The notes under the pieces: model-generated
Database searches by the model: none
Seen by the model: only the letters and a program-made list of their open reading frames with translations
What the model was told of the DNA's origin: nothing
Assembly: GCF_009914755.1 (NCBI RefSeq)
Contig: NC_060930.1
From: the human T2T-CHM13v2.0 reference genome, Homo sapiens
DNA length: 64,000 bases
Direction: 5' to 3' (one strand)
Program-made: the position numbers and the translations under genes
Shown here: piece by piece, positions 28,901 to 41,859 of the stretch
Numbering within the stretch: position 1 is the stretch's first letter
Layout: every line of letters starts with the position of its first letter

Positions 28901-30899
28901 TGAGTGGTGAGGATAATACAGTTATGATCCAATAAACATCCTGATGAGGGTCATTTGTGTGCCCTTCCTCCTGCTGCGCCTCCACAGGCCTGGTTCAGGC
29001 TCTGATTGGAAGGAGCGTAGAGACAGCTGAGGCTAGGGCCAGCCAGTCAGTTTGGCCTGGGGACACGCTAGGATGGAGAAGTCAGTTGAACAACCCCAGC
29101 CAGTAAGGCAGGAGATTCAGGTTCTAACCTCTGCCCTGCCACCAGATTATTCCTTTCCTGCACCTCATCTTTCTCCTCTGTATGTCAAAGGTGGAGATCA
29201 TAGGAAAAGAGCAGAACTTGGGATCCAAATTCCCCATATTCAAGCCCCAGCCCTGCCTTTTATTAGCCATGCAAGGTCCGGCCCTTTATTCCATCCATTC
29301 AGTCTGTACAAGGCTTTGTGCTACTTGCCTTTGGTCTTCAGTTTGCTCATCCAGGAATGGGCATAATAATACCAACTTCAGAGGCTGGTTTGGGGGATTA
29401 AGAGAAAAATACGTACGAGGAGCATCCACAGACCATGAAACACAGAAGGGACAATAACTTTTTGCTTTCCTCTAAGGTTCCTTTTCGTTGACTTTCTCTG
29501 ATTCTTTTAAAATATTTGCTGGTGGTGGATGTATAAGAGGAGCTCCAAAATTACTTGTTGAATGAATGAATTCAACTGTAAAGCAGAATATTAAACAGCC
29601 AAGAGGGAACTAGCCCTTTAGAAGGTACGCTACAGAACCAGGACCTGGTCACAGGACTCAGCCAACCTTACCATGCACGGAGGGCTCCTCCATCTAGTCC
29701 CGTAGACAAAAAAGAAGGCCGGCCAGCCCGTGTCAACGGAGCACGTTTACAGGCTCATTCTGTGCCAGGTGGACATCTCAACTCTACCCTCTCACAATCT
29801 GAGCAGTTGCTGGCTTTCCACAACCAAGAAATAGCAGGCAAGTCTTAGTAACTCATGAAAGGTTTCTGCAGGCTTCTGCCTTTGAAAAAGCTGCAAGGCT
29901 AAACTGTATTCACAGCGGCCTCTAGTGGCAAATTTCCAAAATAGCATGCTAAATGGAAACTTGGCAGCTGGAGGAATCTTCTCAGAATGACCTAGATTCC
30001 CAAACTGGGGGCTAGTTCAAATCTTCCCTTAATGAATGAGCGCTCCAAGTTCCAGAAGTAAAGTGATTCATCAAAGGTCACAAAAAGGCCTCACATCCCT
30101 CAGTCCATAAACCTTGCCCACAACTGGCCATCTGTGGTTTCAGATGCAATTAAGGATCTTGAGTTATCCATTTGGAAAAACAATCGGGAACCCAATTCCC
30201 AAATCAGGCCAAGCCAACCTTAGAGTGAGACCCTAACATGTTTTCTTCCCACTTTGCTTCTCTCTCATCTGTAAGAGTGTTGCTGGAAGATCCCCTATCT
30301 TGGTATTTACCTAAAAAGTAGTAACTCACTCTTTAGGCAACAGGACTCTGAGACCACAAAGTGCTTCTTTGTAAGCGGTGAACTCCACCGCTTTAACGTG
30401 CTTTTCAATGCTTCCTCCTCCACATGTTGCAAGAATATGGTGCCAAAAGGGGCCCCAGTGATGGCTCTGACTGGCTTGAGGATCTGGGGGCAGCAATCGT
30501 GTTTGTGTGGGGAAAGCTATTTTGACATATTCTGGAGACACAATCCAAAAATACATCAGGCTGAGGACTTCCAGAGAGCTCAGTGGAAAGGCTTGGCTGC
30601 CATACCAGCTGAAGCCTGGGTTTGGAGAGTTGGGGTACAGCAATTTCTACAAGAGGATCTCAATCTTTTTCTGATGGAGAACATTTTATTTGATACATTC
30701 AGCAATAACCTCAAATTACTACACAAGGTGCTGGGAAGACTTACAGAGGGGAGTAAGACAAGGTCCTTGTTCTCAGAGGTTAGCCCAGTGGGAGGGAGAA
30801 GCTGTGAGGTGAGAGGCTGAGACAGGTCAGGCTGTGTATATGTCGAGATGAAGAGGTAGGACAGGTGTGTGGTGGCTTCAAGGGCCACTGGTAGTAACA

Positions 30900-31120
30900 A
30901 CAACTAGCATTTTGGGGGTGTTTTCTAAATGCCAGTTCCTGTTCTAAATACCTGTTCTAGCTCATTTAATCTTCACAATAGCCCTTGAAGTTTGGCCCAT
31001 TATTCTCATTTTATAGTGGAAGAAACTAAAGCACAGAGAAATTAAGAAACTTAAGTTCATGCTGCTGCTAAGTGGTGGAGCTGGGATCTGAACCCCGACA
31101 GTCAGGTTCCAGAGCTCTTT
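30900..31120 (-). mobile_element. MIR
   Basis: ctcatttaatcttcacaatagccc...attttatagtggaagaaactaaagcacagaga...gctgggatctgaacccc. Confidence 0.7.
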
Positions 31121-31484
31121 CCCCCAATGTCATCTTTGTTGATGCTCTTTTCCCTGCATTTTCTGTGATGTCTACTGATCACCCAATCTCACCCACCCTG
31201 GTGTCCACACAAGGTATCTCAGTGCCACATACCAGGGTCTGAAGTCCATGTTGTACTGCTGTGGGAACAGAACACTTTCATAAAGCTCAATCCCAGTAGC
31301 CAAAGCCAGCAGCTTATGTTAAAGCTCATCGTGTGCTTTGAATCTCTTCACTCTTCCAAGACCACCAGGATGAGGTGGAGAGCTCTGCTCCAGGAGGCGT
31401 AAGATTGGTTCATGGTCCTGACTGCCCTTGCTCTTAGGGAAACCCCCCCTCCCCAGTTTCATGTTGGACAAATGTGACCTCTAG

Positions 31485-31645
31485 GACCTCACTACTCAAA
31501 GGGTGGTGTCTGGACCGGCAGTCACCATCTCCTGGGAGCTGGCGAGAACTGCAGACTCTCTGGCTGAGTGCTGAGTCAGAAGCTGCTTCCTAACAGGCTC
31601 CCTCAGTGATTCCTGCATGTAGTCATGTGAGAAGCCCTGGGCTAG
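31485..31645. mobile_element. MER5-family hAT-Charlie MITE
   Basis: ctactcaaagggtggt...cctgggagc...aacaggctccctcagtgattc...gtgagaagccctg. Confidence 0.65.
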
Positions 31646-32848
31646 GGCCCTTGGGCCATATTCTTTATAGTCTGTGTGCCAAGCTTCTCTTATCCATCAT
31701 CCCAGGGGCACCTGTTTGAAAGCCTTTTCCACTGGTGTATCTACTTCCAACTTTAAGCCTTCTCCAAATGTCTAGAATCTCTTTCCCTTCCCCCACGAGA
31801 AGCAGCAGAGAGCTGTCTCTCTCCTGTGCCTTGATGAGCCCCCCATGGTCCTCCACACCTATCTTCAATAATCCCCATCCAAGTTTTAAACTTATCCTTG
31901 TTTTCTCCTGATAAGCCAGGAGAAAGCTCACCACCCTCACCGTGATGAGATGTAACAAAAATGAACTATCTCTAGTACACCCCACTTTTATGAGACCTGT
32001 CTCAATGGTACTAATCCTGACAGGATGTAGACACTCATATGACCAAAGAATTAAGCAGGATTCCTTTTAGATGAGCTTCCCTTATAAGGAAACGGGAACT
32101 TCTACAACTCTGGCTAACTGGCAGAACCACAAATTGTGAAACAATTCAAGCTTCACTCTCTGAGGTCATATCCTCTATGAAAACTGGTATGTGCCCACGT
32201 GACTGCCTTAGCATGGATTTGGTGTCCCTTTCCAAAAACAAGGAACTGTGCCTGTGTGGCTCTCCTCCCAAGGCATGCAGAACCTTCTTTGCTTCAGAGT
32301 AGCCATGATACGTTTCCACCACGCCTGTGCCTTGGATGAAAGTGGAGATTTTCAGGATTACGATTCTGGGAGGTTAGTGAACAGGTGCTATTCCTTGCTC
32401 TCAGAGGCAGATCCAATTATGTCCACCCAGTTCAGGCTGAAAGAAATACATTTCTATTTTTTCCAGAGTGTAGAACACTACTTTGCATACAAAAACCATC
32501 TCTGGGAAGTTACAAAGTCATTTATATGGTTTGTTGTTGGGTTTTGCTTTTTTGCTATTGAGAGAAAAGAGAAAGGTAGAGAAAGAGGTTGAAGGTAGGG
32601 AAGGCTTGGGGAACAGAACCTTGTTTGGCCATTCCATAAAGTAAATCACCATTTCCAAAATTGATAGAGTAGTAAGAAACATTAAAGTTATAATCCCCTC
32701 TTCAAGGAGCTACCAGCTTAAGGAACCAAACACCACAACATATACTGCCTCTGGTCCCATAATAATGTGCAGGTGGGCTCTCTGCAAATTCCAGGGATGG
32801 TGCAGGTCTCTTAGCACATACACCTGGTTCACTTACAGGTAATCCCCC

Positions 32849-33214
32849 CAACATGGTTTGGCTCTGTGTCCCCACCCAAATCTCATCTCGAATTGTAATC
32901 CTCTGTGTCGAGGGAGGGATCTGGTGGGAGGTGACTGATCATGGGGCATTTTCCCCCTGCATGCTGTTCTCACGATAGTGAGGGAGATCTCATGAGATCT
33001 GATGGTTTAAATATGGTGGTTTCCCCCGTGCTCGCTCTCTCTCCTGCCACCTTGTAAAGAAGGTGCTTGCTTCTCCTTTGCCTTCCACCATTATTGTAAG
33101 TTTCCTGAGGTCTCCCTAGCCATGTGGAACTGTGAGTCAATTAAACCTCTCTTGTTTATAAATTACCTAGTCTCAGGTAGTGTCTTTATAGCAATGTGAA
33201 AACAGATGAATACA
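32849..33214 (+). mobile_element. THE1/MST MaLR solo LTR
   Basis: atggtttggctctgtgtccccacccaaatctcatc...ccatgtggaactgtgagtcaattaaacctct...aataca. Confidence 0.88.
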
Positions 33215-33439
33215 CCTCTTATTCAGAAATGTCAATTTCTGTCACTTAATTCTTTCTCTGGTTCTGCCCTTTTAAAGTTAGAATTGCTCTTAAAGAGGGA
33301 GAAGTCTACTGGAGATCCACAAGCCTAAAATGATGTGAAATCTTGAACATTCAATCTCTGTACTACTACTTAAGATGACTGGGATTAAAATGACCATTGG
33401 AACCTCATACAATATTTAGAATCAGACCACAGCAGCAAT

Positions 33440-34422
33440 TTCAACCATCAATGGCATTTTATTGTGGAAGTTTCTATGTATTACATAGGTATTAACTTCC
33501 TTCCTCTCCTGCTCCTCCCCACAAAATCCAGAAAGTTATTTTTATACATAAACAACTGAACATATAAAAATCTTGGACCTAATTTCTCTAAAGTCTTGGG
33601 TTAAAAGAACTTGAGTGGCGCTTCTCCTTTCTGAGAGTACTACTTCTCAAGGAGGATTCATGGTCTGTCCTTTGCTCACTACAGATTTCTCCTCTTCTCT
33701 GGGAAAAAATGGTCAATGCTTCTGCTTCCTTTTAATAAACTAATTTCTTGATTATTATACATTATTATTATTCCCCACTTGACACCTTCTTAGAAACTTG
33801 ATTGTTGGATGTGTTTTTCATTTGGCAAAAATTCAATGTGGCTTTGCGTGGGATGTCTGAAGTGTCAGAAACAGCACTGTTGATGTTCTGGTTTTGAGAG
33901 GGAAAATATATATAGAGATGCATACATTCCCTAGAAGAACAAATGTAAAAGACTGAAATAGGGCGTGCACAGAGTTAAGAGGGCTGACAGACACTACTTG
34001 GTTTGGAATTCTGTGGCTGTCAGCCATCAAGGACTGCTGTGTAGGCCAGAATATAAATCTCCTTAGGAAGAAGTTTGGTTAGGCAAAACCACTGAGAAAT
34101 GACAGTGGCTGCTACATTGTTCGACGTATATCAGAGCAGACATGCACAAGAAGCAGCATTATGGTTCATGTGTAGTAAGTAGTCACCTATTGATAAACAG
34201 GGGCATTTGTGCAAATGCTCTGGCAACCTAGGCACTGGGGGAAGAGAAAAGAAGCATCCTATTAAAATGTACTTCCATCTCTAACTCACCCAAGATGCCA
34301 GGCCTCCTAAGCTTCATGACTTGCAAAGCCAAAATGAATTTAGCATTACATGTCATTCTATGTCATCTAGAAGCTGGTTCACTGGGGCCATCTCAGAAGA
34401 GCTGCTCAAGAGGGTAGCAAGT
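33440..34422 (-). other. PPIL1: PPIL1 3' UTR (~1 kb; 3' end approximate)
   Basis: Lies between the TAG stop at 34423 and the AATAAA at 33458-33463; unique AT-rich sequence. Confidence 0.8.
33458..33463 (-). terminator. PPIL1: PPIL1 polyadenylation signal AATAAA
   Basis: tttatt on the plus strand; GT-rich sequence follows on the minus strand. Confidence 0.8.
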
Positions 34423-34643
34423 CTACCCAGAAGGGTATGCCTTAATGATCTTCACGTCGTCCACAGGGCGGTCCTGGGAGTTTGTTTCTACCATTCCCAC
34501 GCGATTCACCATTCCTATGCCCTGACACACTCGGCCAAAAATGGTGTGTTTGCCGTCAAGCCACTGGGTGGGGGCGAGGGTCACAAAGAACTGGCTGCCA
34601 TTGGTATCTGGCCCCGCATTGGCCATTGCGAGAATTCCAGCCC
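34423..34643 (-). CDS. PPIL1: PPIL1 exon 4 CDS ([20 protein letters not shown]...KAYPSG*)
   Basis: ttcccaccag|GGGCTGGA; cyclophilin MANAGPxTNGSQFF and WLDGKH motifs; TAG stop; 221 nt; total CDS 501 nt = 166 aa. Confidence 0.97.
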
Positions 34644-35195
34644 CTGGTGGGAAAAAGGAAGAAAGGAAAGAGTATAAATAACCCCACAGGTCCAGTGTAG
34701 AGCTGCTGCCCCATCCTAGGGATGAAAAAGCAGCCAGGACTTTGTTCTGGCCTCTGTCCAGACCCAGACAACCCCTCAGGGCAGTCTCTCTGCCCTGTAC
34801 AAAGGCCATCACTACACTATTCTGGCGACTTCATCTTCCTTGTCCTCACCTATTCCCCAGCCTTGACCCCTGATGCTCCTCACTAACTGTGGACCATGTT
34901 CCTGACTGCCCTCAAAAACCCAGCAAGGTTTCCTGTTTCTTTGAGGACACTTTTGATATCCTGTGACCTTTAACAAGTAGTTAGAGTCTAGAACACACCG
35001 ACCAGTGCTCTGAATTGCTCAGAACTTTGTGAGAGGCGCTGCTTTCTCTAATCCACCAGGGCACTTCATGGCGCCATGGCTGGGCAGCTATCTGGCACCA
35101 TGCCACGGTGTCAGGCATTCACCTTGAATCATGGCCAAAAGAGTGAGCTTTTAAAATCCCCGTTCCTACCCAGTCCAGCCAAATTATACACTTAC

Positions 35196-35264
35196 CCGTG
35201 AATTTCAAGTCTGGATGAAGTTCATCTTCAAACTGTTTGCCATAGATAGATGCACCACCTCGAC
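35196..35264 (-). CDS. PPIL1: PPIL1 exon 3 (GRGGASIYGKQFEDELHPDLKFT)
   Basis: gggcag|GTCGAGGT...TTCACGG|gtaagt; 69 nt, phase 1-1. Confidence 0.96.
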
Positions 35265-35980
35265 CTGCCCGATTGGAAGATGACACATGAATCAGCCAGT
35301 CACACATTCTATCTCACAGCAAGAATGATGGCCCAGGGTCAAAGGATTTCTCAGAGTAGAGGAAAGGAAAAGGCAGTGACACCTACCCCACTGCTAGGTA
35401 TATTGCAACTACAGAATCTAGCACTAATAGCACATTCAAATCATTGGTTTCATTCCGATAAGACTTTCCTTTTCAAAATAACGCTATTTTTTCCTGCACA
35501 TTAAAATAATACATGTTCACTATCAAAAAGGTAGAAAACATAGAACATTATCAAAAGAACATTAAAATCCTCTGTAACCTGACCATCTAGAGATAACCAC
35601 CATTCATAATCTGATGTGTTAAGAGGTTTCTTGATTTTTAACCTTTTTTTGAGTATTTTAGACATGAGTGCCCCAAGTCCTATCCCTGTGCCCATCACAG
35701 ACATTGCCAATCAATCAGTATTCTTCCCTGCTGAGCTAGATTTGCCTCTGAATGTTATCAACCCAGAACTCAGGCAGCCGTTATTAATTAATCAGTAATA
35801 GCCCCAGAGTTGAAACCTATTTGCCACCCTTAACCTAGGTGATGGAAAATAAAATTCATTTAAGTTAAAGCTATCCAGCTGAAGGAGAAATAGCTGGTAA
35901 GTGGCAATGTGGCAGAAAGGGACATTACGGTCGGCAGAGTCCACTGAGAGGTGAGGCAGTACATCATTAAGAGAAAACAG

Positions 35981-36408
35981 GGCCAGGTGTGGTGGCTCAC
36001 ATCTAAAATCTCAGCACTTTGGGAAGCTGAGGCAGGAGGACTGCTGGAGGCCAGGAGTTTGAGCTGGGCCACAGAGCGAGACCCTGACTCCATAAATTTT
36101 TTTTTTTTAGAGATGGGGTCTTGCTACGTTGCCCAGGCTGGTCTCAAACTCCTGGCGTCAAGCAATCCTCCCTCCTTGGCTTCCCAAGTGCTGGGATTAT
36201 AGGCGTGAACCACTGCACCTGGCTCACAAAAAAATTTTAAAATTCAGCCAGATGTGGTAGCACATGCCTGTAGTCCCAGCTCCTTAGGAGGCTGAGGCAG
36301 GAGGACTGCTTTGAGCCCAGGAGTTTGAGTTTACGGTGAGCTATGATCATGTCAGTATACTCCAGTCTAGGCAAGAGGCAAAACCTTGACTCTAAATAAA
36401 TGAATAAA
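35981..36408 (+). mobile_element. AluJ split by an antisense FLAM/left-arm monomer (36097-36224)
   Basis: Left arm 35981-36096, reverse monomer, right arm 36225-36408; ca(t/c)aaa flanks the insert. Confidence 0.85.
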
Positions 36409-36557
36409 GGGAAAATGAAGAAACATGGGATTGGGAATTATTTGCTAGCAGCATCACCACCAAATGTTATTTATATTATGCCCACAAGAGCAGGGTGCTG
36501 GGCTGGATACCCTAAGCTCAGGCAGGTTTTGCTCTAAGAGCAAAAGGATGTAAGTTA

Positions 36558-36873
<316 letters not shown>

Positions 36874-37753
36874 TTAAACATGGTTTTCTCACAGGAAAAC
36901 ATGTCAAAACAGGAGGCAACTTTCCTAACCAATACTAATCAATTATGTAGTCAATCATATGCCTTACTGAACTACATTGGTTTCTCCAAGTTGAACGGTC
37001 ACGACAAAACAGCCTAGAACAAAGTAAACACTGGATTGGTACTCTGCTTGCCCTGCAGCCCAGTGCTGGCAGCTCACTTCCTCTACTGCCTGCTATAAAA
37101 GTAGCACCAAGTCCACCCCCAAGGCCCCTGGGCATGGCTAAGGTGTTTCCATGGCAAAAATCCTTTGCTTTACCTTTTAGTCGGCTTCACCACAGGGAGC
37201 CTGTCACAGCCCCCGTTTCTTTTCCGGAAGAAAACACTGTTCTCATGCAAAGAGGGATGGGGGTGAATCCTAACAGACTAGGGGAAACCTCCCACTTGGC
37301 CCAGGCTACCTATGCTTCTGGAAAAATACTGAACCACACTAAACTGTGTAAAACTCATTCCAAAAATTCCAACCTGTCAGTATACTTCCAAACAGCAATT
37401 ATATAACCAATATGTTCCCTCTGACTCAATCCTCCCCTTTGCTTGGTCCTTTGGCAACCACTAGAGAGTCAAGGTTCCTGGCTGGGGTTACCAGAGACTA
37501 GGGAGAGGGCTGTGGGGCCAGACGCCACAGAGGCCAGGCTCTGCGTGCAGGACTTGAGTGAGCAAGCTAAGGATTCAGTTCAGTAGTACGCTGTCAGTCT
37601 GTGGCCTGAGCTTCAAAGTGTGATCCCTGCAACCTGAGGGCTACCAGAACAAACCCCCCAGGACCCTGCCCTCTAGGAATGGTAAACTATCACACAAACA
37701 TCACCACAAACAAGAAGTGCATTAAGGAACAGGTCAGTCAAGAGTCACAGATG

Positions 37754-38116
<363 letters not shown>

Positions 38117-38285
38117 TCAATAGGCAGAGTTTTCATAATATCTTACTCATAATATGTTATCTTTTCATAACCCAATTCAACTCAGTAGGGTTTGCGGCAA
38201 AATTTCAGAAAGACAAATCATTCTAATTCAAACATTCCTCTGGGCACGTGGAATAAGTGAGAGGTGGCAGAGGGACAGAGAATGA

Positions 38286-38735
<450 letters not shown>

Positions 38736-38794
38736 AAGACCTGTTTTCTAACCTTTGATTACAGGTTAGAAAAGAACCTTCAAGATTCTTTTCT

Positions 38795-39062
38795 GGCCAG
38801 GTACAAGTGGCTCACACCTATAATCCCAACACTTTGGGAGGCTGAAGGGGGCGGATCTCTTAAGCCCAGGAGTTGAGACCAGCCTAAGCAACATGGTGAA
38901 ACTCGTCTCTACAAAAATTAGCCAGGCGTGGTTGTGCGTGCCTGCAGTCCCAGCTACAGCTACTCAGGTGGCTGAGGTGAGAGGATCACTCAAGCCCAGT
39001 AGGTCGAGGCTAGAGTGAGCTGTGATTGCGCCATTGCACTCCTGTCTGTCTCCAAAAAAAAA
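38795..39062 (+). mobile_element. AluJ with internal deletions
   Basis: TSD agattcttttc. Confidence 0.85.
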
Positions 39063-39346
39063 GAGATTCTTTTCCTCTTCTGTCCTCTGTCCTCTCTTGG
39101 GATCATTTATTCAATGTATTTATTTCAGACACGCAAACATACAAAGAATAATATGACCAATATCTATGACCACCTCCGCCCCCAAGAAATAAACTATTGC
39201 AAATCCAGCTAAGACCCCATGCATACACCCCACTGCATCTCTCCCCACCACTCATTCTCCTGAGAGCTAACAGCTGATTCAAAGAATCACATTTTCCTCT
39301 CAGGTAACCACTATTCTGACAAGAATTTGGCATTTCCATGCATTTT

Positions 39347-39483
39347 CTTTTTTACTACACATATATGTATCCCTAAAAAAAAAAAAAAAAAAGTATTGCT
39401 GTTTTGCATGTTTTTAAGCTTTTTTACTACACATCTATGTACCCCTAAAAAAAAAAAGTATTGTTGTTTTGCATGTTTTTAAG
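39347..39483. repeat. Tandem duplication (72 + 65 nt units)
   Basis: cttttttactacacat.tatgta.ccct(A)n gtattg.tgttttgcatgtttttaag twice, with A18 vs A11. Confidence 0.9.
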
Positions 39484-40004
39484 CTTACATAAGTGGTATT
39501 ACACTTTATATATTCTCAACACTGTTTGAGAGACTCATCTACTTTGTTCCAGGCAGGTCTCTGTAGTGTTCACCTCACTGTATGACCATAATGCTCTGTC
39601 TTATCTTTTCTGGTGTTGATACTGAGGATCTTTCCAATGTTTTGGTTATTATCGACCATGCTATAAAAACTATTCTTATACTGTCTCCGAAATCCAAGTG
39701 CAAGAGCTCTCGGGGGCCAATACCTCACAGGGGATACACAGGGTCATAGTTTGAGTATTTCATCATTGCTAGATTTTTCTAAGTGCCTTATTGAAAAGGA
39801 TGAACCAACATGCACCCCACCCCGCAGCACTCTCACTCTTACTGCTCTAGGTCCTTCTGTCAGTCTGAGAAGTGTGAGACCTCTTGTGGTGTTTTAAACT
39901 GCATTTCTCTGAAGTTTGGCATAATTTCATGTTTACTGGCTTATTTAGCTTGTCCCCTCTGTGAACGGCCACTCAGTGGTATGACATTTTGGAATTGATA
40001 CATA

Positions 40005-40148
40005 CAGTCATCCCTTGGTATACTCAGGGGATTGGTTCCAGGATCCCTGTGACACCAAAATCCCTGCTCGCTCAAGTCCCGCTGTGGGCTCTGAGAAAAC
40101 TGTATGGACCTCCATGGTTCAAACCCATGTTGGTAAAGGCTCAACTAT
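40005..40148 (-). mobile_element. MER8-like Tigger MITE, internally deleted
   Basis: Ends cagtcatcccttggtata...ggattggttccagga and gttcaaacccatgttg...ctcaact; TA flanks. Confidence 0.7.
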
Positions 40149-40241
40149 ATACTATAGATACTAATCCTCTGTCAGTGAATGTTTTGCAAATACCTTCTCC
40201 CAGTTAACTTTTTTCACTCTTGTAATGGGATCTTCCAATGA

Positions 40242-40655
<414 letters not shown>

Positions 40656-40779
40656 TGACTCCTGTGATGTCCCTTCCTCCTCCTCTTAGTCACTGTGGAA
40701 ACCTGTCAAAATGATGTCTAAGGCATGGGACATGCAGTGTCTTACACCAAGATGACCACACTTGGTGCTACTTGTCCCC

Positions 40780-41430
40780 GCCCCTCCCACCCCACAGTTG
40801 ATGGGACAATAGATTAATATCCAGCCCCACAGATGGGCAGTGGCCTATAAGGAGAGCCAGTGGGGCACCTGACACCAGAGGGCAACTGACCAATCAAAGC
40901 CTCTCTTCTGGCAAGAGTGCCTCTAACAGACACTGTCCGTCAGTAGTCTCCTGAGCATCCCCAGCCTCCTCCTCCACAGCCTGCCTCAACCTCAGAGACA
41001 AAAAAGGCAGGTGCTGACAAGTCCATTTTGCAGACAGGCGTGGCCAGATGACCCAGTTGTGACTTACTGATACAAACAGAAGTCGCTGAGTCAAGCTTCT
41101 GAGAAAGCTACAGCTTTCCTGATAAAAACAGACATACTCTTTTGTCCTTCATCTACAGCTCTTTCCCATCTTCCTTCTTTGAAAGTAGGGTGATGCCAGA
41201 ACAGCAGCAGCCATCTTGCAACCATAAGACTAACAAGTTCAAGACCAAAGGCCAACACATTACGAATGAAGTGGGGAAAGATATGGCAAGCCTAGATCCC
41301 TGACAACTCTTCTGGGCTGGTGAAGAGATGACAATAACTGCTCACTTCCAGACGTTCTGTTGTGTAAGAAAAAACAGCCCGTGGGATTAGGTTTTCTGTT
41401 ACTTGTAGCCAAAAGCAGTGCTACCTGACA
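40780..41430 (+). mobile_element. Old MLT1-type LTR fragment(s)
   Basis: gcagcagccatcttgcaaccat and ggttttctgttacttgtagccaaaagc 3' end. Confidence 0.55.
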
Positions 41431-41859
41431 CAAACACTTTGTTAATATACCAGACGGGAACAATGCCACAGTCCTCCAAGGGGCTTTGTGGTTCTGAAGA
41501 TGCTGTCTTCTCTTTCTCACTTGCCTTTGGGGTCAGAGACGTCTGGATTCCAGTTCTGACCCCACCAATTACTGTTTAACCTTAATCAAGACACTTTCTC
41601 TCCAAGCCTCAGTTCCCCTGTCTGCAAAATGGGAGTAGCAGTAACACCTATGTCTCACAGGCTTGTTATGAGAATTAAATGAGACAGCATATGGAAGCTA
41701 TCTGGTGTGTAACATGAGGCAAACACACAGTAGTGTCAGTGATGAAGAGCCCCTTTAACTGAGGTAACCCGAGCATTTTCTCTGAGAAGCTGCTGGTCAT
41801 GATTCAAAGTGCCACCTCGGGAGGCAGCCTGCCTGGGTTTATTCAGTTCCTCTGTCCTC

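Noticed and set aside
30398-30820. 140-aa ORF as a possible retrogene
   Set aside because: No recognisable domain, poly(A) or TSD; runs into L2-like sequence
34644-34812. ORF extension upstream of PPIL1 exon 4
   Set aside because: Intronic read-through; the canonical acceptor at 34643 gives the expected 166-aa protein
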